From the IMG/VR virus record IMGVR_UViG_3300025390_000003, positions 1 through 64,000 of that record: a stretch of 64,000 bases of DNA; one strand, given 5' to 3'. Each line of letters begins with the position of its first letter. The stretch's first letter is position 1. The notes beneath the pieces are model-generated. The model saw nothing but the letters and a program-made list of their open reading frames with translations. It did no database searches and was not told the origin of the DNA. This document shows, one piece after another, positions 18,897 to 30,600 of this stretch. Made by a program: the position numbers and the translations under genes. This DNA comes from a virus. Taxonomy: Duplodnaviria; Caudoviricetes.

Positions 18897-20216
18897 ATGA
18901 GCAATAAAAGAACCATACCATGTCCAAGTTGTAGCGGGAAAATTTTAGAAAACAAAAAAGAAAAATCTTTTTTAGAAATGATGAAAGGTGCAATAAAATC
19001 TCCTGTATTGCTTCTTAAACTCGTTATTACCCCACCTAGACAATCCAATATAATAGATAAAAAGACTATTTATAAAGGTGCTTGCCCTGATTGTGGAGGA
19101 ACGGGAACTTTTATCGATCCTACGGACACTAACCAGCAAGAACAAAAAGCAGTAGAAGTTGCACAAAAAAATGCGTCTGCTGTAATGGACGCTGAAGCAA
19201 AATTAAATACAGGAGGATTTACCAATTCAAGACATATATCAGTTTTAGGAAATCAGGTTGTAGAAATTGGTGTAGGATTCAATAAATTAAAATCATATGC
19301 TGTAGTTGAAGGCGCAAAACCAGTAAAAGCTAAAATTAATATTGGATCAGGAGGAACGACAGGAGGAACAGCAAAAACAAACCAAATAAATGCGACGAAT
19401 CCTTTAGCAACTCCGGGTGGACAATACTATATAAAATGTAGTAATAAGTTTACTCTTGTTGCTGGTGCTCAAGGAATAGAATTGAATACATCCGGCAATT
19501 TAAACATTGCTGGAGGTATAACAAAAATTACTGGTGCTGAAATGAACATCGGATCAAGTATAGGAACAACAACTATAGAAGGAAACCATTTAAAATTAAC
19601 TGGAAAAACTATAGAATTAACTCCTGCAAATGGAAGTTCTACTGGTCAAGTGCAAGTAAATGCAACATTAGGTGTTGATGGTAATATGATAGTATCTGGT
19701 GGAGCACATATTGATGGAGAATTACATTTCATTTCTGCTACTACTACAAGACTCGACCCAAAACCTACTAGCTTTGGTGCATTGCCATTTGAAACTACTG
19801 GAAAAGCACAATGGGGAGGAACACCAAAAGAAGCATCTAAATCTGCTATAAAAGATTTACAAACAGTGGTAAAAGAATTTATCAAAGACCCTAGTATGTT
19901 TATGTCAACTCCAAGAGGAGCAAATATGTTAGCAGAAAGGATGTCGCATATTGCATACACACTATCATCTCCAGTTCCAGTGGGATATGTCGGATCAGGA
20001 ATTTATGGCAATTCTACTGTGTATGTTTATCCACATCATCACACAATGCCAGAAACCGCACACGTTCATTCAATGGATTTACCAAATATTAAATTGTTTG
20101 ATACTGATAAACAGGTAAGAGAACAAGCATCTGATTGCCAAAAACCTCATCCAGTTCCTACCGTTAATGGTGGATTATCAATATTAACGAACTACGGTAA
20201 AAGCATGATAGGTTAA
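18897..20216 (+). CDS. Probable spike C-terminal (beta-helix/tip) protein with CxxC zinc finger
   Basis: Follows gp5-N. It has CPSCSG and CPDCGGTG, Gly-spaced beta repeats, and a late HHH..HVH cluster. Confidence 0.6.
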   Translation: MSNKRTIPCPSCSGKILENKKEKSFLEMMKGAIKSPVLLLKLVITPPRQSNIIDKKTIYKGACPDCGGTGTFIDPTDTNQQEQKAVEVAQKNASAVMDAEAKLNTGGFTNSRHISVLGNQVVEIGVGFNKLKSYAVVEGAKPVKAKINIGSGGTTGGTAKTNQINATNPLATPGGQYYIKCSNKFTLVAGAQGIELNTSGNLNIAGGITKITGAEMNIGSSIGTTTIEGNHLKLTGKTIELTPANGSSTGQVQVNATLGVDGNMIVSGGAHIDGELHFISATTTRLDPKPTSFGALPFETTGKAQWGGTPKEASKSAIKDLQTVVKEFIKDPSMFMSTPRGANMLAERMSHIAYTLSSPVPVGYVGSGIYGNSTVYVYPHHHTMPETAHVHSMDLPNIKLFDTDKQVREQASDCQKPHPVPTVNGGLSILTNYGKSMIG

Positions 20217-20644
20217 GAACTAAAAACCCTTACATATTCGTGCATCAGTTTTTTTGTTAATTCTTTCCTGCTATTATCATCATCAATAACAGATTCAGGA
20301 ATACTTGCAATCATCTGTATTAAATTTATATAACCTTTATATTTTTTATCATCATATTTCCCAATATTATTAGTAAATTGTGATTTATAAATATCTTCCA
20401 CTTTTAATTTAGGAGAGCTATATACAGCATTTAACACACTTTGTTGTAATTTGTTCTGTATGTCAACTATATCATCTTTTTTAGTTTCTATATCAAAATC
20501 TTCTGGTATTTCCACTGAGCTTAACATAGGAAATTCATGATTCTCACCAAAGACATCAAGTAACAATTTATCCCAAGGATGTATATTATCTTTAGAAAGA
20601 GTATCAATACTATCATTAATATCTTTCAATTCATTATTATCCAT
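20213..20644 (-). CDS. Hypothetical protein
   Basis: 143-aa ORF filling the space downstream of phoH. Confidence 0.6.
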   Translation of the reverse strand: MDNNELKDINDSIDTLSKDNIHPWDKLLLDVFGENHEFPMLSSVEIPEDFDIETKKDDIVDIQNKLQQSVLNAVYSSPKLKVEDIYKSQFTNNIGKYDDKKYKGYINLIQMIASIPESVIDDDNSRKELTKKLMHEYVRVFSS

Positions 20645-20662
20645 ACAAGTAATTAACTAACT

Positions 20663-21457
20663 TTATATATTATGTTTCATTTTTTCTTCTCTTAATTGCT
20701 TGAACTTTTTATTTACAAACTTACAAATTTCTGATCTTACAATATCATCTTCATCTAACTCCACACAATGAATCCCAACATCTTTAGAATCTTGTGCATT
20801 AAACAAATCATAAACTTCTTGAAATCCAGATTTTCCGTATGGTAGATCACTTTGGTCTGGATCGCCACATAATATAACTTTGGAATATTGTCCGATTCTG
20901 CTCAATAATGTAAATATTTCTCTTACCGACATATTCTGTAATTCATCAGCACATATAAACTTTACAGAAAAATGTAATCCCCGAGCAAAGTTAATAGGGC
21001 ATATAGTAAGTCTATTATCCTTTTCTAATTTAGAAATTTCAGACTGTGACAATAACTCTTCTAATTTATCTCTAAATGGAGCCATATAGTAAGAAACCTT
21101 ATCTGACATACTTCCAGGTAAGTATCCCAATTTAGAATCCGAACTTTCAACTGCTGATCTAACCAAAACTAAATCAGACACCTTTCTTAAATTCAACAAT
21201 TGCAATCCCAAATACATCGCCAACATAGTTTTACTAGTTCCTGCAACTCCTTTCATAAACAAGATTTTGGTATCTTTATCTAAGAATATATTTATTATAT
21301 ATTTTTGTTTTTCTGTCCAAGGTAATTCTTTAATATTTAAATCATAACTAATTTTAGGACTTTGATGAACATACGGAGAGTTATCCGTTTTTGTTTTATT
21401 TTCTAATGTTTTAGTTTCCGTCGCTTTACTCTTTCGAGCAGATTTCTTGGTAGACAT
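20663..21457 (-). CDS. phoH: PhoH family ATPase
   Basis: 'GVAGTSKT', 'LGYLPG', 'FARG', 'DELQN', 'LSRIG..SKVILCGDPDQSDL', 'DIVRS'. Confidence 0.95.
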   Translation of the reverse strand: MSTKKSARKSKATETKTLENKTKTDNSPYVHQSPKISYDLNIKELPWTEKQKYIINIFLDKDTKILFMKGVAGTSKTMLAMYLGLQLLNLRKVSDLVLVRSAVESSDSKLGYLPGSMSDKVSYYMAPFRDKLEELLSQSEISKLEKDNRLTICPINFARGLHFSVKFICADELQNMSVREIFTLLSRIGQYSKVILCGDPDQSDLPYGKSGFQEVYDLFNAQDSKDVGIHCVELDEDDIVRSEICKFVNKKFKQLREEKMKHNI

Positions 21458-21557
21458 ATATAATATAAGTTTATTCTTACATTACTATTTATTAAAACTT
21501 TCATAAATTAATACACCAAACAAGAATATTTTATTACAATATTACTAAATAAATAAA

Positions 21558-21716
21558 ATGAGCCTAAAACATCACGAAATAGAAGCAATAGTCGAAGAAA
21601 TTGTAGACTATATAACAGACGAAATTCAAACCCATTTCAGTAAAGAAGCGGATATAAATTATGCACTTGATTTTCTACTAAGCAAAGTAGAAAAATTAGA
21701 TGTTGATGATTTTTAG
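21558..21716 (+). CDS. Small acidic hypothetical protein (52 aa), not in the ORF track
   Basis: MSLKHHEIEAIVEEIVDYITDE... preceded by TAAATA; fills the gap between neighbours. Confidence 0.6.
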   Translation: MSLKHHEIEAIVEEIVDYITDEIQTHFSKEADINYALDFLLSKVEKLDVDDF

Positions 21717-21717
21717 G

Positions 21718-22290
21718 TTATCCTTGCAAGCCTTGAGTGAAACTTCCTGTCGCTTCTCCTGCTTGTACTGGTTGTCCTGCTATAGGTGGTGCAGTTTGAG
21801 GTTCTTGTGCTAATCCTGCATTATTCGCATTTGGCAACATTGATGGATTCTCTTCGCTTGTGGGTGTTGGTCCCTTTGCTTCTGACTTAATATCTTGCAT
21901 CTTTTCAATAACATCATTAATTTGAGATTCTAATTGATCATCAGCAATATCTATAACATCACCAGCTTTATTCAAATTTCTAATTGTTATCTTATAATCA
22001 TTATCCACACGACTTCTAGTAACGGTTATTTGATAAGAAAGTTTTAATGTATCATTTGTCCATAAAAACGCATTGATATCTTTAGATATTGTTGATGGGA
22101 TTTCTATTTTTTTTATTTCTTCTCCAAAATGTTCTTGTAGTTCCTCAAAAAGTTTGTCTGCAACGTCTGAAGTAGTGTTCGCATTAAAATCATCAGGGTT
22201 TGGTATAGCACTATCATTAGCTTCATATATAGCATTAACAGATTCCAAACATTTCTTCAAATACGCATCAAATTTATTCATATATCTCAT
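21718..22290 (-). CDS. Hypothetical protein, possible head-internal protein
   Basis: TAAATA upstream; probable start is MNKFDAYLKKCLE at 22281. Confidence 0.6.
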   Translation of the reverse strand: MRYMNKFDAYLKKCLESVNAIYEANDSAIPNPDDFNANTTSDVADKLFEELQEHFGEEIKKIEIPSTISKDINAFLWTNDTLKLSYQITVTRSRVDNDYKITIRNLNKAGDVIDIADDQLESQINDVIEKMQDIKSEAKGPTPTSEENPSMLPNANNAGLAQEPQTAPPIAGQPVQAGEATGSFTQGLQG

Positions 22291-22328
22291 TATATTTAAC
22301 TTATGGTGATAAATATTACAACAATAAG

Positions 22329-23735
22329 ATGATAACTACAGATTTTAATATTTTAAGTGGAGTTACCGTATCCTCAAATTTTCAATGGGGCGGGAGTTAT
22401 CCTGTGTTATCGGCTGTTCCTGCTAATACCATATCGAATTATATATCTGGTTATGCTCCTGGATTATCAGTATGTTTTATAAATCAATCAAATCCTGATA
22501 TATTAAACACTGGAGATGAATTGTATTATACTTGGGATTTTGGAGATTTTTATAACCAATCAACAAACACAATTATCACTTCATCATCTACGAGTATGGT
22601 ATATCATTTGTATACTATGCCTGGGATATATAATGTAACATTAACACAGCAAAAAAAAGTTAAAACCACCACCATACCAAGTTTAAGTGTTAATAATTGT
22701 TTTGGTAGATATTGTATTAACTGGACATGGAACAATTTACAATCTAATAGTGTAAATTATTTAAAATGGAAAGATGTTAGTAGCCAATCCACAGTTAATA
22801 AAACAACAAAATGGGCAGAAATACCAATTTATGGTAGTGAATGTAACAATTCAAATTTCTCACTATATACTTACAATATCACAAAAATATCAGCCATAAA
22901 CGTAATAGAAACGTCTCCTATAGCAAATTTAACAACAATATATACTCCCGCAACAGGAGTCTCACCATTTACTATTGAAATGTCTCCATCAGGAACCATA
23001 TGTGGTAGTTTTCCTATCGAAAAAATAGTTTGGGATTTTGGTGATGGAAGCACACCAAAAATCGTAAGTAGGTATAACACACCGGATTTAACAATATTCA
23101 CCAATACCAACACATTTTCTTCGGACATCAACGATCCTAGAAACTATAACGCAACATACACATATAAAAGAACCGAAATATCAACATTTTATCCCTCAAT
23201 TACTGCATATTGTATGAATACCAATCAAAATAGTATATCACAAACAACTGTGGGGTCAATAAATTTACCATCAATAAGTGCAACACCAATACGACTGCTA
23301 AAAGTAAGAAATGATATCAACGGAAACCTATATGGAATACAAATTGGTAACAACTTCGGATTAGTAACAACATTAAAGAATCGATATATTCCAACCAATT
23401 ATGTAGTATATAGCGATTTGGGATCACCATTCCAGATTATTGTAATTGAAAACCCAATTGCACGTTATGGAACATTAGGAACACAAAAAATAACAAACAA
23501 TATTCCACCACAAAGAATTAATGTTATCAATAGTAATTTAGGAAATCCGTTTCAATTAACTGTAACAGAAGATATAATTACCGGATATGGAACATTAGGA
23601 ATAGAAGAAATTTACACATACAGCCCACAAGAAATTAACATTATTATATATAGCAATTTAGGTAATCCGTTCCAATTAACTGTAACAGAAGACCCAATTA
23701 TGGGATATAACATATTAGGAGTAGTAAAATTATAA
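22329..23735 (+). CDS. PKD-domain virion protein
   Basis: Two 'WDFGD' PKD motifs, 'HLYTMPGIYNVTL', and three C-terminal repeats. Confidence 0.75.
   Translation: MITTDFNILSGVTVSSNFQWGGSYPVLSAVPANTISNYISGYAPGLSVCFINQSNPDILNTGDELYYTWDFGDFYNQSTNTIITSSSTSMVYHLYTMPGIYNVTLTQQKKVKTTTIPSLSVNNCFGRYCINWTWNNLQSNSVNYLKWKDVSSQSTVNKTTKWAEIPIYGSECNNSNFSLYTYNITKISAINVIETSPIANLTTIYTPATGVSPFTIEMSPSGTICGSFPIEKIVWDFGDGSTPKIVSRYNTPDLTIFTNTNTFSSDINDPRNYNATYTYKRTEISTFYPSITAYCMNTNQNSISQTTVGSINLPSISATPIRLLKVRNDINGNLYGIQIGNNFGLVTTLKNRYIPTNYVVYSDLGSPFQIIVIENPIARYGTLGTQKITNNIPPQRINVINSNLGNPFQLTVTEDIITGYGTLGIEEIYTYSPQEINIIIYSNLGNPFQLTVTEDPIMGYNILGVVKL
23407..23720 (+). repeat. Three ~40-aa repeats S(N/D)LG.PFQ..V.E..I..Y..LG
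   Basis: Visible in both protein and DNA (23531 vs 23651, about 120-bp period). Confidence 0.85.
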
Positions 23736-23739
23736 ATAT

Positions 23740-25035
23740 ATGAGTAGTAAAATTACATATTCTACAGTAGCTGCAATCAATCCTGTTAAATTGGGATATG
23801 AATATTACAGAACCGAACCAACAAACGAAAGTGGTTCTGTGTATAAAGAGGGATATTTTCTTTATAGCTCACCATTTTTTGATGGATTTAAAGATTTCAC
23901 AATAAACAAAGGAAATGCATTATTATTAACTGATGCGATTTCTTTAACTTCTTTATTTGTTAATGATACATTTTTAGTAGATGATTTACTATTCGCTTCG
24001 GTTATTAAAATATCTCCTAGGAATTCTTCCAACAATTATGCAGCAGAAAACCAAAAACATCAAATAATTCTATCAAATTCTCCTCAAAATTTTGAATTGA
24101 AAAAAATTGATAATAATACCACATTTATAATCACAAACGAAAAATATTTACAAATATCACCAAATTATCCATATGAAATAACCACAAGCACAGAAGGAAT
24201 ACCAGATTCTGAATTATATTTAAGAACATTCAATTATTACTATAATAATGGATTTATAACATTCTCCATACTAACACCAGAAGGATATCGTTATTTAAAT
24301 TTCGGAACTGATGGTATTCTACGAGCTACTGGTGTTGCTTTTAACGAAAATGACATCAACGGATATTTATTAGCAATTATCAGCAACACACAAAAAACAA
24401 ACACATCAATAAACGCTAGTAATTATTTTAGAAATGATTGGATTCGATATTTCATGGATTTAAAAGACAATACAAACAATAAAAACACAAAAATAAATAC
24501 GATAATATCAAATCCTCCAACTAATTATCTCGTTAGCTTTCCTATCAATAACGTGACTTCTACCAATGAAGTAAATATAAATATCGCAAACTTAAAAACT
24601 AATTATACACCAACAGGTGCCAATGGTATAGAAATAGAACAAAGTAATTTAGTAGGATATTTATCATCAATTTATATGATATCCGATTATAGTGCTTCAA
24701 CAAATGATTTTAGTGATAATAATGGATTTTCTACTATCGGACAACTACCTGTACAATACAATAGAACATTGTATACAAATCCATATACTTATGATGTGAT
24801 AGCAACAGTTTCTTATACGAGTATTGATGATTGTTTGATGATAAACGACTCTCCTGTTGGAACCCCCATAAATATTACATGGGGATCATACATATATAGG
24901 GGATATACATTACCACCATCAGGATATTCATTCTCTTTATCTGCATCAGAAACTTTTAGTATAGGCATTGGAAATTTGGTAGATAGATATGTCGGTATAA
25001 CTGGAGGTACGGTGAAATTTATTCATAACATTTAA
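23740..25035 (+). CDS. Hypothetical virion protein
   Basis: 431-aa Asn/Ser/Thr-rich ORF in the structural cluster, TATAAATA upstream. Confidence 0.6.
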   Translation: MSSKITYSTVAAINPVKLGYEYYRTEPTNESGSVYKEGYFLYSSPFFDGFKDFTINKGNALLLTDAISLTSLFVNDTFLVDDLLFASVIKISPRNSSNNYAAENQKHQIILSNSPQNFELKKIDNNTTFIITNEKYLQISPNYPYEITTSTEGIPDSELYLRTFNYYYNNGFITFSILTPEGYRYLNFGTDGILRATGVAFNENDINGYLLAIISNTQKTNTSINASNYFRNDWIRYFMDLKDNTNNKNTKINTIISNPPTNYLVSFPINNVTSTNEVNINIANLKTNYTPTGANGIEIEQSNLVGYLSSIYMISDYSASTNDFSDNNGFSTIGQLPVQYNRTLYTNPYTYDVIATVSYTSIDDCLMINDSPVGTPINITWGSYIYRGYTLPPSGYSFSLSASETFSIGIGNLVDRYVGITGGTVKFIHNI

Positions 25036-25064
25036 TCAAAATTTCATCTATAAATATTAATAGT

Positions 25065-27593
25065 ATGCCAACCAAAATTCAACAAAGAGATTATTATAAG
25101 ATATTTTCAGGACACAACCAAAACGATGGTTATGAGAAGATACATTTGGGGTATGAAGCATCAACCACAGAAACAATACTAACAAAAGACCAATATACAT
25201 ATTTTCATTATCCATATTTCTCTGAAAGCCACCCATTAAGCGCATCAACTTTAATAAATAATGGTGCTACTGCGGGGTCAATACCAGCAATGGCAGATAG
25301 GATATATAAAAAACTTGGTGGATATGGAGACAATACACCTTGGGGAAATGCTACTGGATTAATAGATGGAACTTGGTTGTGTAGTTGGCTATATTCCCCT
25401 GCTGCTGATGTTGCTCCGCAGTGGCTTGATAGATATTATAGTCCAGGTAGAATTGCATATGAGGAAGCTTTAATGGGGCTTGTCGATTTTGGAACATATA
25501 TCACCTACGATTCCGCATTTATAGATATTCCAACTACTTTAATGTTAGAATCTGGTGTGTTATATACATATTTTCACAATGGAGAGTCAACTGCACAAAA
25601 TATTGTATCTTCTTTTGCTGGAAATGATGGTTCACATTTACGCTTGGAGTCAAAAAATTGGAATATAAGTGCTACAGACACTTCAATATATAATAACCCA
25701 ATATCTTTTCCTAAATATAGCAAAGAATTCGTCACTACTCCAACAGACTACACAATTTACGAACCTTATGGTGCATTAAATTTATCAAACACCACATTTC
25801 TAGATGTTAGAGTTGGATATAACGAAAATCTTAATATAGATAATGAATTTACATTATCATTCGACGTAAAAAATGATGATTGGGCAAATGCAAGTTCATC
25901 ACAATTAGTAGGAAATTATACTGGAGAAGGGGGGTATGGAATATATTATGATAATTTAAAGTTCTTTTCCTTTTTTGTAATACCAGAAACATATTTTGGG
26001 CATTTGTTATTTTTTAATCAAAATGGAAATGCGTATAACGACACCGGAACACAAAGCCTACCAAACATCCCAAGCAATCCATCACAAATCGCAATAAATG
26101 GGGAAAACGAATTATTTTTAATAGATAATACCTCAATATACAGTAAAGTTTATAAATGCAATCATCTTGGAAATATCCTTAATACATACACATTAAGTAG
26201 TATTAACCAAGAAACATCAAATTGGATATTATCACTATCAGGTAATAATGTAGTGGTTGCTGGAACTACAGATCAAATACTTTATACATTTGATAATTAT
26301 CTAAATCTGATTACTACCGAACCCTTTAATACCCAAAATTCATCAGATATACAAATAGCATACGATCTTGATGGAAATTTCGTAAGTATATCGGGTTGTA
26401 ACGATTTAAAATATGACAATATAGGACAACAATGGACAGTTGATACTAATGGGATATTATACTATGATGGAACTATATTTTCTACAATATCCGCTGTACA
26501 AAAAATTGCCATTGACCCCGAGAATAATTTGTGGGTGTTATCAGAAAAGAATACTGTTAATAAGATAAATGTAATTACAAAATCAATAATAAACACATTC
26601 GAAGTAGGAAATTTAAATGAAGATACAATAATAAAACGAAATATAAGTTTCATAAATTCCTATGATAGATCGACAAATTCGCAAAAATGGGTGGGTTTAA
26701 TTTTACATTATTCAACAACAGAAAAATTTTTATATCGAGTTTCTTTATTAGGAGATATTATTGATGTAAACCAATTAGAATCAAATATTAATGGATTGGC
26801 ATTTCCCGATCAAATAACACAGAAAAATAAATTTTCCTTTAATTTTGATGGAGATTTTACTGGATATGAATGGAAAAGGATATTTAATACGATATTGTAT
26901 AACAACAAGCCGCAATTAAAATTTAAAATCGCGGTATACCAACTTAATAATGTTGGAGACATAGGAAAAACAACAACATTAAGAACATACCAAGTTTCCG
27001 TTCCGGTAGATTCCTTTCTAGATAAAACTTGGTATGCTATAGTAGGAACATATAAAAATAATGTGATGAAATTAGGTATAAATTCTTTTAATAACGGAAC
27101 TACGAATATCCCGTATAATTATACAATAAATCCTCTAAAATTTAATGATATATTTTTCGGAACTTCTAATGGAAAATCATCAAATTTTAATTATGAAACA
27201 AACACAACAAGTATAATATTTAATGGATACCTAAATAGAATACGTTTATATGATTATGAAATTCCAGAAGCTTTTCATATAGGATTCATTAAAGAATATT
27301 TGATAGCAGAAGATTTAATATGGGATATAGATACTGGAAATTTACAATACATAGAAAGAATTGAAAGATTTTTTAAACATAAACTATCTGGAGCAAAAAG
27401 CGGATTCTATAATATAAAACTTTCTGGTTTAAATATCACCGACCCAAATGCACGTTTATTAATAGAACAAAATATAAAAGCTGCGGTTGCATTAGTTCAA
27501 CCAGCACATACTGAATTGTTAAATATAGAATGGATCGAACCAAATTATAATATAGACAATGAAATATTAGAATTACATAATAAACTTATTTGA
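25065..27593 (+). CDS. Virion protein with LamG-like and beta-propeller segments
   Basis: 'EFTLSFDV', 'WYAIVGTY...FNGYLNRIRLYD' (LamG-like); 'IAIDPENNLWV' (propeller). Confidence 0.6.
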   Translation: MPTKIQQRDYYKIFSGHNQNDGYEKIHLGYEASTTETILTKDQYTYFHYPYFSESHPLSASTLINNGATAGSIPAMADRIYKKLGGYGDNTPWGNATGLIDGTWLCSWLYSPAADVAPQWLDRYYSPGRIAYEEALMGLVDFGTYITYDSAFIDIPTTLMLESGVLYTYFHNGESTAQNIVSSFAGNDGSHLRLESKNWNISATDTSIYNNPISFPKYSKEFVTTPTDYTIYEPYGALNLSNTTFLDVRVGYNENLNIDNEFTLSFDVKNDDWANASSSQLVGNYTGEGGYGIYYDNLKFFSFFVIPETYFGHLLFFNQNGNAYNDTGTQSLPNIPSNPSQIAINGENELFLIDNTSIYSKVYKCNHLGNILNTYTLSSINQETSNWILSLSGNNVVVAGTTDQILYTFDNYLNLITTEPFNTQNSSDIQIAYDLDGNFVSISGCNDLKYDNIGQQWTVDTNGILYYDGTIFSTISAVQKIAIDPENNLWVLSEKNTVNKINVITKSIINTFEVGNLNEDTIIKRNISFINSYDRSTNSQKWVGLILHYSTTEKFLYRVSLLGDIIDVNQLESNINGLAFPDQITQKNKFSFNFDGDFTGYEWKRIFNTILYNNKPQLKFKIAVYQLNNVGDIGKTTTLRTYQVSVPVDSFLDKTWYAIVGTYKNNVMKLGINSFNNGTTNIPYNYTINPLKFNDIFFGTSNGKSSNFNYETNTTSIIFNGYLNRIRLYDYEIPEAFHIGFIKEYLIAEDLIWDIDTGNLQYIERIERFFKHKLSGAKSGFYNIKLSGLNITDPNARLLIEQNIKAAVALVQPAHTELLNIEWIEPNYNIDNEILELHNKLI

Positions 27594-27624
27594 ACTAATA
27601 GATTTTTATTAATAAATAATACAA

Positions 27625-30600
27625 ATGTTAACCGCAATAGATATCAATTTTAAATTAAACAATCAAGATTCTTTAGAGAACTCTTCGTTTTATTTGTTGA
27701 CATCCAACAATCTATATTCTGCTAAAATTTCTCCATATTCGTTTACAGTAGATTTAACTATACCAGACAATTATGTTATGTATTATATACTTAACCATAA
27801 TCCATCTACTATTTCATATGATATATCTTCATCTTTATTACTAAATTTATTAAGTGCTTCTTCAATATATCCTTCAGTTTGTTGTGTATCGTTAACATTG
27901 GAAGCCAGTGGATTGTCTGCAACAACAGATTTATCCGCTATAATTGTCCCATATTTTCTTTCAGTAGGAACTTTTGAAGCATTTCCATCGTTATATTTTG
28001 ATAATTTAGGAAACCAACAAATACTAACCCCTTCAAATTATAGACAAAATAGTATTGGAGTTCAATTCTATGGAGAAGGACACACAGAAACCATAAATTT
28101 AACAGCACTATCAAGTTTATCTATAGGACAATCATACGTATGGTTTATTAATGGAAACACGACAGCATATCCAACAACAGCAATAAACCAAAATTATTCT
28201 ACAGTAAACATACAATCTTCTACAACCGGAATTATTACAAAAATTCCAATAGGATTACTAATTACGGATTATATATTTTTATCCAGTTCTCCCAAGTATT
28301 ATAGAGATGATATTACTGGAAATCCAATATATTATCCACATTATATTTCTACCATTGATCCTAATGGAACCGAATTACAATCTAACACCAAAACATTTCA
28401 AAGCATATATATATTGCCGTATGATATAGACATAAAATACAATTTTTATGCGGGTGCTAATGGGAAATTCCAATTACCAAAAACTCAAAATTTATCTGGA
28501 GATTATGGTATAGAATGGTTTGATGCTACATTAACAGTATCTATAAGTGGAGAAAGTGTAGATACGTGTTATGGGCTACACGATACTATATGGAGATGGG
28601 AGGATTTAGACAAAAACAACCCCAATAACACTTTTGTAAATAAACCCTCTTCTTGGCACAACACAGAATTGACAGCAACATATCCTAAACATTGGGGATA
28701 TGAAGCGTCTGTATCTGCGACCAAAATTACACCAATACATAAAAAATTGGTATCGACTAAATGGGAATTGCAAAATGTTTCTACTAATTGGGCATATTCT
28801 CCATTTACGTATTATTACAACACAACTGGTTCAGAGAATTCTGATAATTATCCATATTTTTTACAATATAATAATGATGGAACCAACATAAACACTTGTA
28901 ATTTATATGATTCAAATATAATAAATGTTGGTGCAAATACGATTATTACATGTAGTCTTTCTGCACAACAAGGAACATGGAATACCAGAGATGTTGAAGT
29001 TGATGTATTAGGAAGCTTTACTATAGATTCTTCAAATTTAATTACCTTATATACTGCTAATAGATATGTATTAAGTGGGACGCAAATTACATTTCAAATT
29101 GTTGGATGGAATAAAAATACATTATACTATATAGACGATAGTGAACATGATTTGATAACAACATCAACTGAATTCTATACAATATCATATAAAACCCTTG
29201 GAACTAAAACGTTAAAAATCTCTGCCCAAAACATGTCAGGTATTGATACTTACAAGTTTGACAGCATTATAAATGTGGTTTCAGAATACGAAGCAACTAA
29301 TATATCCGATGTTGAATATCGTTCAGAATATTCTCCATTAATTATTCCATACCCAACCCCTCCATATGTAGCTCCAAATGATTGGGCAGTAGAAGACAAC
29401 ATAAATTCTATTATCAGTAAAATGTATCAAAATTTGAATTATCTGAACATTATAAGTTCTGTTCTAAATAGTGGATACACTGAATATTATGGTTGGCTCG
29501 GATCAACAAATAATACAGTCGTAACATGCAATACAGAAAAAACTTGGGATGGACTAATGTGCAGCAACACAGAACAAATACTTTGGGACGATTTTAATTG
29601 CACTACTGGAAGGTTTAGTGCTTGTGCAACATACGATTTTCTAACATCTTCATCAGCACAAACCACACAGAATTGTTTAGGGTTATATTGTATACCTTGG
29701 AACTGGAAATCTTTAAAATCCACATCTCCAACATCAGAAGTTACGTGGGGCAACACAAAATTTGGAAAAACTTTTGCAAAAAAATGGGGGAATGACGGAT
29801 CATGCAAATCCTCAACTAATGATACGTTCGAAATCAAATCATGTTTAGATATAGGACAGTGGAACGTGAATATACAAAGTTCTAGAAATTCCGACACACC
29901 AATAATCGATGATACATTCGAACAAATTAGATGTGGATTCAATACTTCTGTGCCATGTATATATACCGGAATAGCAAGTAAAAACAATATAATATATGCA
30001 ATATTATCGACACAAATAATGGTATTATCTTCTGATTATACCGCAACATTATTATCAAACGCAACAACAAACTATTATGGAGGATTCAACAAATTCCAAG
30101 ACCTTAAAGGAATTGCAATTGATAGTAAGGGTAAAATATTTGTATTGGATAGAACATTAGGAAAGGTTTTTGGTATGACGTTAGATTTATCCTCAGATTC
30201 TCCTTGGACTATATACACAGAATGGGGAGGAGTTGGTGGGATCAACTCAACAACTAAATTTTATCATCCAAATGATATATACATAGACCAAAATGATAAT
30301 GTATATATTACAGATACTGGAAATCATTGTATTAAGAAATTCACAAATAATGGTATATGGACTAATACTATTATTGATGAGGATTTTAACATAAACTACC
30401 CATTGAGTGTTATTACTGATAAAAATGGATTACTTCATGTATTAACAACCAAAGAAATACGGGTATATAACAACAATTATACATTAGAATTTGTTTATAA
30501 TTTTACTCAATACTCATCCGAAGTTCCAATTAAAATAAATTCTAGTTATAGCAAAGATTGTGTATATGTAACATTTAAAACCCAAGTATTAAAATTCTTT

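Noticed and set aside
18880-18900. Programmed frameshift joining the two spike ORFs
   Set aside because: No slippery heptamer is present, and the second ORF has its own ATG one base after the stop.
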